This document shows, piece by piece, positions 8,103 through 14,265 of a DNA stretch of 32,000 nt. Every line of letters begins with the position of its first letter. Positions within the stretch are counted from its first letter, which is position 1. The stretch comes from Fibrobacter succinogenes subsp. succinogenes S85 (lineage in GTDB: Bacteria > Fibrobacterota > Fibrobacteria > Fibrobacterales > Fibrobacteraceae): NCBI RefSeq assembly GCF_000146505.1, contig NC_017448.1, forward strand, positions 2,370,001 through 2,402,000, read 5' to 3'. The position numbers and the translations under genes were made by a program. Under the pieces are notes generated by a model. It was not told the origin of the DNA. It did not search any database and worked only from the letters and a program-made list of their open reading frames with translations.

Positions 8103-8575
8103 TGAGAGCGTGTCTGTGGGTTGTTATGGTTCTAAACCTTGCGCTGTCTGCTTTTGCGGCTCCTCCGCCAAAGCCTAAGCTTGTGCATTGGATGAACTAT
8201 ACCGAAGCTTTGGAAAAGGCGAAAGATTCAAACAAGCTTATTTTTGTAGATCTTTATGCGGACTGGTGTGTGCCTTGCCGAATCATGGATGCGAACACTT
8301 ATTCGGATCCGACGGTAGCATCGATTCTGAATACAAAGTTTATTCCGGTAAAGCTCGATGCCGATTCTCAGGATACAATTGTTTGCGATGGAAAACGCAA
8401 GACGGTGCAGCGTTGTTATTTTGATGTCTGGAACCTGAGCGTGTTGCCTGCATTTGTCCTTATTGCCCCGAAAGGGCTTTCGATTTTGACGATAAAGGAT
8501 TCATTTACTGCTGAGGAAATGAAGTATTTGCTTTATCAAATTCTCGAGAAAGAGAAGGAGTGGATTTCGAAATGA
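8099..8575 (+). CDS. Secreted thioredoxin-fold protein (CxxC: WCVPC)
   Basis: Signal peptide MMRACLWVVMVLNLALSAFA. LIFVDLYADWCVPCRIMD is a thioredoxin-like active-site context. The start overlaps the upstream stop (ATGA). Confidence 0.75.
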   Translation: MMRACLWVVMVLNLALSAFAAPPPKPKLVHWMNYTEALEKAKDSNKLIFVDLYADWCVPCRIMDANTYSDPTVASILNTKFIPVKLDADSQDTIVCDGKRKTVQRCYFDVWNLSVLPAFVLIAPKGLSILTIKDSFTAEEMKYLLYQILEKEKEWISK

Positions 8576-9723
8576 GTGAAAACGTTCTCTTTTATGCTCA
8601 GATTGCATTCTGGGTTCTTTTGTTCTTGATTGTCCATTGCTATTTGCTGTTCCCGATGACGCTCCCGTTTGTGAGCGAAATCTTCAAGCGCAAAAAGAAG
8701 CCGGTGGATGGCGCCTCCGAACTCCCGACGGTGTCTATCCTGATTTCGGCATATAACGAAGAAGCGGTGATTGAACGCAAGATCCGCAATATTCTTGAAA
8801 TTGACTACCCCAAGGAAAAGCTGGAAGTCCTGATCGGCGATGACGGCTCTGCGGACAAGACGGCTGAAATTGTCGCCCGCTATGCTGACCAGGGAATTAC
8901 TTTGGTCAAGGCTCCGAAAAATGCGGGCAAGGCTGCCATGCTGAACCGCTTGCAGAAAATTGCAAAGAACGATATCCTCTTGTTCTGCGATGCAAATACG
9001 ATGTTCTTCCCGAATGTGGTACGCAAGCTTGTTGACCCGTTCAAGGATAAAAAGATTGGTTGCGCTTGCGGTCACTTGATTCTTTCGGACAAGAGTGGAA
9101 GTGTGCTTGGCAAGGGCGAAAGCTCTTACTGGGACTTGGAAAGTGAAATCAAGAAGTTCGAGGGCGTTCTCGATCGTTTGATTGGCGGTAACGGTGCGCT
9201 TTATGCGATTCGCAAGGAACTTTATACGGAACTTCCGGTCAAGAAGAGCGTCATGGACGACTTCTTTGTGACGACGAAAATTTTGCAGAAGGGCTACTTC
9301 TGTACGTTTGTTGATAGCGCTATTGGTACGGAACAGACTTCGAAGGAATCGAGTGGTGAATACAGGCGCAAGGTGCGCATTGGCCGTGCGAACTTCAATT
9401 ACCTGTTCTCTTACTTGCCGCTGTTGAATCCGTTCCGCCCGTTGCTGGCTTATCTGTTCTTCTCGCATAAGATTGTGCGCTGGTTCTCACCGCATATCAT
9501 TATTCTTTTGTACGTGGCAAATGCGCTCCTTTTGACGAAGGGACTTTTCTATCAGGTTTCCTTTGGTTGCATGACGCTTGCGCTGCTTGTGGCGGTGACG
9601 CGAATTTTGCCGAGCGCCTATTATTTCTTGCTCATGAACCTCGCGATGCTCAAGGGATTTTTCCTTGCGTTTAAGCGTGAACGCAGCGGTGGCTGGGCTC
9701 GCGAAGCCCGCAGTGATGAGTAG
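8572..9723 (+). CDS. Integral-membrane family-2 glycosyltransferase (processive synthase-like)
   Basis: I prefer the ATG at 8572: AAGGAG lies 11 nt upstream and there is an ATGA overlap with the upstream stop. The ORF-track GTG at 8560 is the alternative. It has an N-terminal TM helix. GT-A motifs: VSILISAYNEE, GDDGSADKT and FCDANT. An RRKVRIGRANF segment sits where QxxRW is found in synthases. There are several C-terminal TM helices. Confidence 0.85.
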   Translation: MSENVLFYAQIAFWVLLFLIVHCYLLFPMTLPFVSEIFKRKKKPVDGASELPTVSILISAYNEEAVIERKIRNILEIDYPKEKLEVLIGDDGSADKTAEIVARYADQGITLVKAPKNAGKAAMLNRLQKIAKNDILLFCDANTMFFPNVVRKLVDPFKDKKIGCACGHLILSDKSGSVLGKGESSYWDLESEIKKFEGVLDRLIGGNGALYAIRKELYTELPVKKSVMDDFFVTTKILQKGYFCTFVDSAIGTEQTSKESSGEYRRKVRIGRANFNYLFSYLPLLNPFRPLLAYLFFSHKIVRWFSPHIIILLYVANALLLTKGLFYQVSFGCMTLALLVAVTRILPSAYYFLLMNLAMLKGFFLAFKRERSGGWAREARSDE

Positions 9724-9765
9724 TGTTAGATGAAAGACCGCAACGCTGGTAGACGAGAGACGAGG
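9724..9765 (+). repeat. GACGARAGAC-class repeat, subtype II copy, directly after the GT2 stop
   Basis: TGTTAGA TGAAAGA CCGCAAC GCTGGTA GACGAGA GACGAGG in 7-nt register. The core at 9726-9765 matches 4583-4621. Its 3' GAGG doubles as the SD for the next gene. Confidence 0.8.
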
Positions 9766-9770
9766 GTAAT

Positions 9771-10229
9771 ATGAAAAAGTTTTTGACAGCTATTATATTT
9801 GCGCTTGCGTTTGTCGCTACTCCGGCGAGCGCTTTTACAATGGATGCTCAGGGCGGTATCTGCAATCGCGTGAGCAGCATGGGCGATTTCAACATGAGTT
9901 TCTATGGCCATCTGTGGTATCCGATTGACCAGATGGTTTTTGCAGGTGTCGGTGTTGGCTATGAGGAACTTGACAACGTTGGATACGTTCCCGTTTCCGG
10001 AAGCCTCTGGGTGCGTCTCCCGATTGGTCGTACTGTGTTGCCGATCGCTACAGGCGATTTCGGCTACATGTTCGGCAAGGACGATCAGATGTTCTGGCGT
10101 GCCGGTGGCGGACTCGACATTAAGAATGGCGACCGCACGTCGATTATTGTTTCGACCGGTTACCAGTTCTTGAACCACTCCGGCGAAGGCTACTGGTACT
10201 TGCAAGCCGGCATTCTCATTGAGATGTAA
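9771..10229 (+). CDS. Small secreted protein, probable outer-membrane beta-barrel
   Basis: 152 aa with signal peptide MKKFLTAIIFALAFVATPASA. Alternating aromatic/Gly-rich strands follow (GVGVGYEEL, WRAGGGLDI, YWYLQAGILIEM). No named family recognised. Confidence 0.6.
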   Translation: MKKFLTAIIFALAFVATPASAFTMDAQGGICNRVSSMGDFNMSFYGHLWYPIDQMVFAGVGVGYEELDNVGYVPVSGSLWVRLPIGRTVLPIATGDFGYMFGKDDQMFWRAGGGLDIKNGDRTSIIVSTGYQFLNHSGEGYWYLQAGILIEM

Positions 10230-10266
10230 ATTTGTTTTAAATAATACTTGTTTTTTTTCAATAATT

Positions 10267-10293
10267 ATGCCGCATTTGCGGCATCTCTTTTTT
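10267..10293 (+). terminator. Intrinsic terminator ending the clpP...OMP block
   Basis: Hairpin atgccgc-attt-gcggcat followed by CTCTTTTTT. Confidence 0.75.
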
Positions 10294-10479
10294 CTTCGTC
10301 ATCCTGAACCCGTAGGCGCGAAGACAACCTCAAAAGGCGAGTGTTGCAGTCATGCTTGCATGGATATAACCGAGCCTAAGAGGTTGGGGCCTGCCCCATC
10401 CAGTCAAATCTAGTTATCGCATATAACACTTTTATATATAAATTTACATTGGAAAATTTTAAACATAGGAAAATCTCTT

Positions 10480-11328
10480 ATGGAAAATAAAATGAACAAG
10501 TTCGGATTGAAAAGACTGCTCGCTGTTTTGGCGGTCGCCTTTGCATGCGTTTGTATGTGGGGGTGTTCGGATGAAAATATTGAAGAATTGTCATCTCATG
10601 ATTTAATTGGCTATTCAGGAGATTCTTTGGTAGTGTATATAGAAAGAAAATATGAGGAAAGTTGTCTTGCCAAACCCTTGGGTGATGATTGTTCTACTAG
10701 GGAAAAGGGGACAAGAATTGTTGTAGATAATTTTTATACAGAAGAGAATGTCTGGAAAAGCGACAAACTGAGGGATCAGTATGTTGTAAATGTTTATGAC
10801 TTGGTGGATGACTCGACGGTGATTGAATTCGAAAAAAACAAAAGTCACTTCTACAAGTGGACTTTGGGTAAGGACTCCGAAGACTTGGGTTATTTTGAGT
10901 GGGATGGCTGTAGTACGAAAGAAAAGGTTGGATCCATTCGTCCTTGGGGTGATGGAAAATGGCGACTTGTGGGGAGTACTGAAGATTGCGGCTACGCAAT
11001 CGTGGATGTGGCAAAAAAGAAAATAACGGGGTATGAAAAGTTAGAGAAATTTGCAGAAGAGTGCTCTGATTTATGGGATCATGAAGGGGTTAAGTACTGT
11101 GTGGGTGCTGTCAAAAAGGATTCTGTAATGTCTTATTATGAACGATTCTTAGCGGGAGCTATGATTAGAAATGACAAAGGAGTAGGTGATACTTTATGGA
11201 ATAATCAAATTGAAGGGGCTAGCTTGAATTCTTACCATGCGGTTGAATTTAAAAATGCGTTTGTTTGCTATTTAGGGAATTATTATAAAGTTGATTATAA
11301 AACTGTAAAATTGGTATTTGATCATTAA
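10480..11328 (+). CDS. Hypothetical lipoprotein (orphan, AT-rich gene)
   Basis: 282 aa. MENKMNKFGLKRLLAVLAVAFACVCMWGC is a lipobox-like signal. It is Cys-rich and matches no family I recognise. It is visibly more AT-rich than its neighbours. AGGA lies 9 nt upstream. Confidence 0.6.
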   Translation: MENKMNKFGLKRLLAVLAVAFACVCMWGCSDENIEELSSHDLIGYSGDSLVVYIERKYEESCLAKPLGDDCSTREKGTRIVVDNFYTEENVWKSDKLRDQYVVNVYDLVDDSTVIEFEKNKSHFYKWTLGKDSEDLGYFEWDGCSTKEKVGSIRPWGDGKWRLVGSTEDCGYAIVDVAKKKITGYEKLEKFAEECSDLWDHEGVKYCVGAVKKDSVMSYYERFLAGAMIRNDKGVGDTLWNNQIEGASLNSYHAVEFKNAFVCYLGNYYKVDYKTVKLVFDH

Positions 11329-11340
11329 TAGAGGGAATTA

Positions 11341-11508
11341 ATGAAAAGATTAATTTGCTGTATCGTATCAATTGCTCTTTCGCTGATTTTGGCGAAACCT
11401 ATGGAAAGTATAGAGCGTTACAATATAATTTTAGTTCATGGTGCTGCAGATAGCTTATCGGGTATGTATTGTGAGGCACCTGATTTGAAGGCTCCTTTTG
11501 AGTTTTGA
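11341..11508 (+). pseudogene. 55-codon 5' fragment of a secreted alpha/beta-hydrolase (lipase-like) gene
   Basis: MKRLICCIVSIALSLILA is a signal peptide. It is followed by YNIILVHGAADS (the oxyanion-region HG motif of lipases), then a TGA after 55 codons. No continuation exists in any frame before the terminator at 11542. GAGGGA SD upstream. It could alternatively be a genuine small protein. Confidence 0.35.
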
Positions 11509-11541
11509 ATGTCTGTTGCTGTGTCAAGTGGCCGCGTAAAA

Positions 11542-11564
11542 AATGCCCGCACATGGCGGGCATT
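11542..11564. terminator. Hairpin terminator (serves the GH5 remnant on the minus strand)
   Basis: 9-bp stem aatgcccgc / gcgggcatt with loop acatg. On the minus strand it is followed by TTTTTTAC, resembling the terminator after the intact GH5 gene (GGGGCATTTTTTAC). Confidence 0.65.
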
Positions 11565-11620
11565 GTAAAATTATGAACTGAAAGAATCCTATCGGTCGCG
11601 ACTTTCCTTTCAGGACGAAC

Positions 11621-11655
11621 CTCTAAGTTCTAAGCTCTAAGTTTTAAATTCTAAC
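11621..11655 (-). repeat. Five-unit heptamer array after the GH5-remnant stop
   Basis: The plus strand parses as CTCTAAG TTCTAAG CTCTAAG TTTTAAA TTCTAAC. The minus strand reads GTTAGAA TTTAAAA CTTAGAG CTTAGAA CTTAGAG, starting at the nucleotide after the TGA. Confidence 0.85.
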
Positions 11656-11709
11656 TCACCCCTTCGCAATCATTTCCATGAATTCGGAGTCGAGTAGGTC
11701 TTTTTCCGT
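11656..11709 (-). pseudogene. 3'-terminal remnant of a GH5 paralog (17 codons plus stop)
   Basis: The minus strand encodes TEKDLLDSEFMEMIAKG*. The intact GH5 gene at 12763 ends PERLDRELMEMIAKG*. My hand alignment gives 34 of 45 nt identical. An in-frame stop lies immediately upstream, so only the tail survives. Confidence 0.55.
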
Positions 11710-11717
11710 TTATTGCC

Positions 11718-12278
11718 TTACGCCACCAGATCCATCAAGTCGAAGTACATCAATCGTGTATGCGGATCGTTGTCTTCCAGATTCATCATGCGGAATCCGT
11801 TCTTTTCGTAGAACGGAACTGCTGCCAAGTAGGCGTCAACCGTTATAAAGCGACAGCCTGTCTTGTTGTTGATGACGAACATGGACTTGATGATGTTTAG
11901 AACTTGTGTACCGAGTTTTTGCTTTTTGGCGCAGATGTCAACGGCTAGGCGGCAGAGCTTCACGGCGGGGTAGCTTTTTAGCCTTTTCTCGTTCGGGAAT
12001 CCTTGTTTACGGCGGAATCTGTTGAATTCCGTCATGCTAGGAAAGTCGCTGGTTGCGATTTTGTCGTTTGCCAAGCTAAAATAGGCTAAAGGCCTGCTGG
12101 TGTCGTTGATGTCAACACAGGTGTAGCTGACCGCTAACATGTATTTGTCAAAAAGAGTTGCGCGATTTAAAATGAAATCGTTTAAATCAGCATCTCCGCA
12201 GTCAAAACTTTTGACTTTGTTGAATGGTTGCAGTCGAATAAATCGAATAGACTCGTTATCTATATATTGTCGAACCAT
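11718..12278 (-). CDS. GNAT-family N-acetyltransferase, TacT/AtaT/KacT-like toxin candidate
   Basis: 186 aa. FDCGDADLNDFIL is near the N-terminus. YPAVKLCRLAVDICAKKQKLGTQVL matches the P-x-V-x-L-x-RLAVD...GxG-type acetyl-CoA motif of GNAT toxins. It has its own GGAGG SD 9 nt upstream and overlaps the upstream small gene by 19 nt. Confidence 0.7.
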   Translation of the reverse strand: MVRQYIDNESIRFIRLQPFNKVKSFDCGDADLNDFILNRATLFDKYMLAVSYTCVDINDTSRPLAYFSLANDKIATSDFPSMTEFNRFRRKQGFPNEKRLKSYPAVKLCRLAVDICAKKQKLGTQVLNIIKSMFVINNKTGCRFITVDAYLAAVPFYEKNGFRMMNLEDNDPHTRLMYFDLMDLVA

Positions 12279-12478
12279 GGATCTTTACCTCCGTTAGCGG
12301 CTTCGCGGGCACGCTTTTCTCGCATGCCTCGTTCAAAAGCTTTTAGGAAAAATTCGTAGTCCCGTAAACGTTGGGCACGAGCTTCCGGAGTTTCGGGGTG
12401 CCTCTCCTGCATACGGGCGATAAACCGGCGAGCATCCTCGCCGAACAAAATCGGAGTTTCTCTGATGGGTCTTGCCAT
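12260..12478 (-). CDS. Small partner protein of the GNAT gene (putative antitoxin, family not recognised)
   Basis: 72 aa, beginning MARPIRETPILFGEDARRFIARMQERHPE. It is Arg/Glu-rich and helical. Its position and 19-nt overlap with the GNAT gene fit a type II TA operon. It does not look like DUF1778/TacA to me. AGGA lies 5 nt upstream. Confidence 0.55.
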   Translation of the reverse strand: MARPIRETPILFGEDARRFIARMQERHPETPEARAQRLRDYEFFLKAFERGMREKRAREAANGGKDPWFDNI

Positions 12479-12485
12479 GAGTATC

Positions 12486-12503
12486 CTATTTGTTAGTTGT
12501 TAG
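12486..12503. repeat. CTATTTGTTAGTTGTT direct repeat, copy 1 (tandem TGTTAG, 7-nt spacing), abutting the antitoxin start
   Basis: The exact 16-mer recurs at 12662-12677. TGTTAG is at 12491 and 12498. A further TGTTAG at 12635 sits in AACAACTGTTAG. Confidence 0.7.
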
Positions 12504-12661
12504 AATAAAAGTAACTGATATATTAACGCCCGGCTGGACCGGATGGCATCCTCAATGGATCCGTACTAAAAAATATATAAGCCAAAAATAAAATGCAAGG
12601 GGTCGGAATTTTGACCGTTCATTTTGTCAACAACTGTTAGCAAGGGACTGTGGCAAATGTG

Positions 12662-12677
12662 CTATTTGTTAGTTGTT
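12662..12677. repeat. CTATTTGTTAGTTGTT direct repeat, copy 2
   Basis: Exact 16-nt match to 12486-12501, 176 nt away. It lies next to the GH5 terminator. Confidence 0.7.
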
Positions 12678-12684
12678 CAATAGT

Positions 12685-12712
12685 AAAAAATGCCCCGGAT
12701 TTAATCCGAGGC
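12685..12712 (-). terminator. Intrinsic terminator after the GH5 gene
   Basis: Hairpin gccccgga-tttaa-tccgaggc (7 of 8 pairs). On the minus strand it is followed by ATTTTTTAC. Confidence 0.65.
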
Positions 12713-12720
12713 GTTCTTGT

Positions 12721-12762
12721 CTAAATTCTGAGTTCTGCTGGCTGCTTACTGCGGCGAAGCCG
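12721..12762 (-). repeat. Six-unit heptamer array after the GH5 stop
   Basis: The minus strand, from the nucleotide after TAA, reads CGGCTTC GCCGCAG TAAGCAG CCAGCAG AACTCAG AATTTAG. Confidence 0.75.
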
Positions 12763-13836
12763 TTACCCTTTCGCGATCATTTCCATGAGTTCGCGGTCAA
12801 GGCGTTCGGGGTTGTTGTATTGCTCCAGATTGTTGTGCAGTGATTCGCCCTTCGAAACGAGACCGAAGTCCAAGTTCTTGTAGTTCCAGTAGCTGTAACC
12901 CACGTCGGCATCGCGGAGAATGTCGAGGAAGTCACGCATCCAGGCGAGCTGATACTTGCGGGGGACTTGTACGTAAACGCCGAACTCGTTGCAGCTTACC
13001 GGCAAGTCGTACTTGGCGCGGAAATCAAGAGCGTTCTGGATGCTTGCCTGCAACTGGGCCTTGTCCCATCTGCCGTATTCCACGTTCAAGCGTGTCGTAC
13101 CGCCGACTTCAGGGGCGGCGTAGTCACCCGGCCACGGACGTTCAATCTTGAAGAACGGATCGTCAATCCAGGCAGCGCCCTGGTGTGTAAATGTCACCGG
13201 CGTGTAGGTATGGAAACTGTAGATGGCGTTGTCGTCATCGAGCGGTGTCAGGAATTCGAATTCCCTTGCGCTGTTCCATTTGTTGGCGCCTACGACGATA
13301 GTGTTCTTTGGGGCGTGCTTGCGGATTTCCCAGAAGATTTCGTCCTTGACTTTATCCCAAACCTTGGAATCACTTGCGGCCGGTTCATTCAAAAGTTCCA
13401 TCATCACGCGCGGCATGGAGCTATAGCGTTCAGCCATGAATGCCCAGATCTTGCGCGTGTCCTTGCGGGCGTTCGCATCGGCAAAGAAAGCTTGTTCGTG
13501 ATTGCTGGCGAGGTGGAAATCGTGACCCGGGCATTTGTGCAAGTCGAGAATCACGTCTAGGTCTGCATTTTGAATATCCTTGAGCGCCTTGTCCAAAAGC
13601 GCAAAGATTTCTTCGTCCGGCTTGAGGTCGTCGCCTTTAAATAAATTAAAGTAGTCAACTGGCAAGCGAACGTGGTTGAACCCCGCATCGTGGATGCGCT
13701 TGAAATCGCTTGTTCCAAGGAACGTCTTGATGTGACCTACGACCCCCGGAAAACCGACAGGGTCCTTTTCTTCGATACAGTCAACCTGACTGAACCATCC
13801 GCCCAAATTCACTCCGCGCAATCTTTCTTTCTTCAT
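12763..13836 (-). CDS. Glycoside hydrolase family 5 enzyme without signal peptide (cellodextrinase/endoglucanase-like)
   Basis: 357 aa. GVNLGGWF is at residues 8-15, so there is no leader. MELLNEP contains the acid/base Glu and SCNEFG the nucleophile Glu. HTYTP and WNYKN are also present. The size and lack of a leader fit my recollection of the F. succinogenes cellodextrinase CedA, but I cannot verify identity. Confidence 0.85.
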   Translation of the reverse strand: MKKERLRGVNLGGWFSQVDCIEEKDPVGFPGVVGHIKTFLGTSDFKRIHDAGFNHVRLPVDYFNLFKGDDLKPDEEIFALLDKALKDIQNADLDVILDLHKCPGHDFHLASNHEQAFFADANARKDTRKIWAFMAERYSSMPRVMMELLNEPAASDSKVWDKVKDEIFWEIRKHAPKNTIVVGANKWNSAREFEFLTPLDDDNAIYSFHTYTPVTFTHQGAAWIDDPFFKIERPWPGDYAAPEVGGTTRLNVEYGRWDKAQLQASIQNALDFRAKYDLPVSCNEFGVYVQVPRKYQLAWMRDFLDILRDADVGYSYWNYKNLDFGLVSKGESLHNNLEQYNNPERLDRELMEMIAKG

Positions 13837-13855
13837 GCGTGCCGTCCCATACTTT

Positions 13856-13871
13856 GGCTGCCGAAGCAGCC
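13856..13871 (-). other. Intercistronic UUCG-tetraloop hairpin between the 96-aa ORF and the GH5 gene
   Basis: The minus strand reads GGCTGC-TTCG-GCAGCC, a perfect 6-bp stem. No T-tract follows, so it is unlikely to be a terminator. Confidence 0.5.
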
Positions 13872-13887
13872 GGTTTGAATGAATAGG

Positions 13888-14178
13888 TTATTCGTTTACG
13901 ATGTTCAAATCTTCATCGGCGATGTTCAAGTCCATGATGACTTCCATATCGTCGGGAAGGTTATAAAAATCTACAACCAGGCCCACCTTCTTGTCTTCGT
14001 CCTTTTGCTTGTCGAACTGGACGACGTCGTAAATTTTCATTTTGACGACAGCTTCCTGCGTCACAGGAATTTCGATGGTCATACCCTTGCTGATCGGGCC
14101 TTCTACAATCTTGCCCTTGAAAACCAGACTGGTCTGGTCTTCGCCGAGCGAGGTCTTCTTCACGTGAAATACAGCCAT
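13888..14178 (-). CDS. Hypothetical small acidic protein (96 aa)
   Basis: Clean ORF upstream of and co-directional with GH5. It has a beta-rich N-terminal part (VFKGKIVEGPISKGMTIEIPV, reminiscent of translation-factor domain-II barrels) and an acidic tail. No family assignment. Confidence 0.5.
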   Translation of the reverse strand: MAVFHVKKTSLGEDQTSLVFKGKIVEGPISKGMTIEIPVTQEAVVKMKIYDVVQFDKQKDEDKKVGLVVDFYNLPDDMEVIMDLNIADEDLNIVNE

Positions 14179-14265
14179 TATTCTTTAGCCATTAACGTTT
14201 AAATTAATCGGTTTGTTTTGACGTGGCATACAATTTCGCCACGCGTAAAAATTTAACTTTTTTAC

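Noticed and set aside
6210-9468. Minus-strand ORFs 6210..6815, 6754..7185, 6803..7606, 7384..7665 and 8536..9468
   Set aside because: All are antisense to clpP, ftsY or the GT2 gene, each of which has unambiguous catalytic motifs on the plus strand.
10219-10413. 64-aa ORF (MRCKFVLNN...)
   Set aside because: It spans the strong terminator at 10267-10293 and the unassigned GC-rich segment. It has no SD and an implausible composition.
13879-14202. 107-aa plus-strand ORF
   Set aside because: It is antisense to the 96-aa ORF, which is co-directional with GH5 and has the more protein-like composition. Neither has a family match, so this choice is only moderately certain.
14222-14243. Inverted repeat CGTGGC-N10-GCCACG upstream of mqnA as a regulatory site or terminator
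   Set aside because: The stem is only 6 bp with a 10-nt loop. There is no T-tract and no second copy. I could not find a convincing promoter to relate it to.
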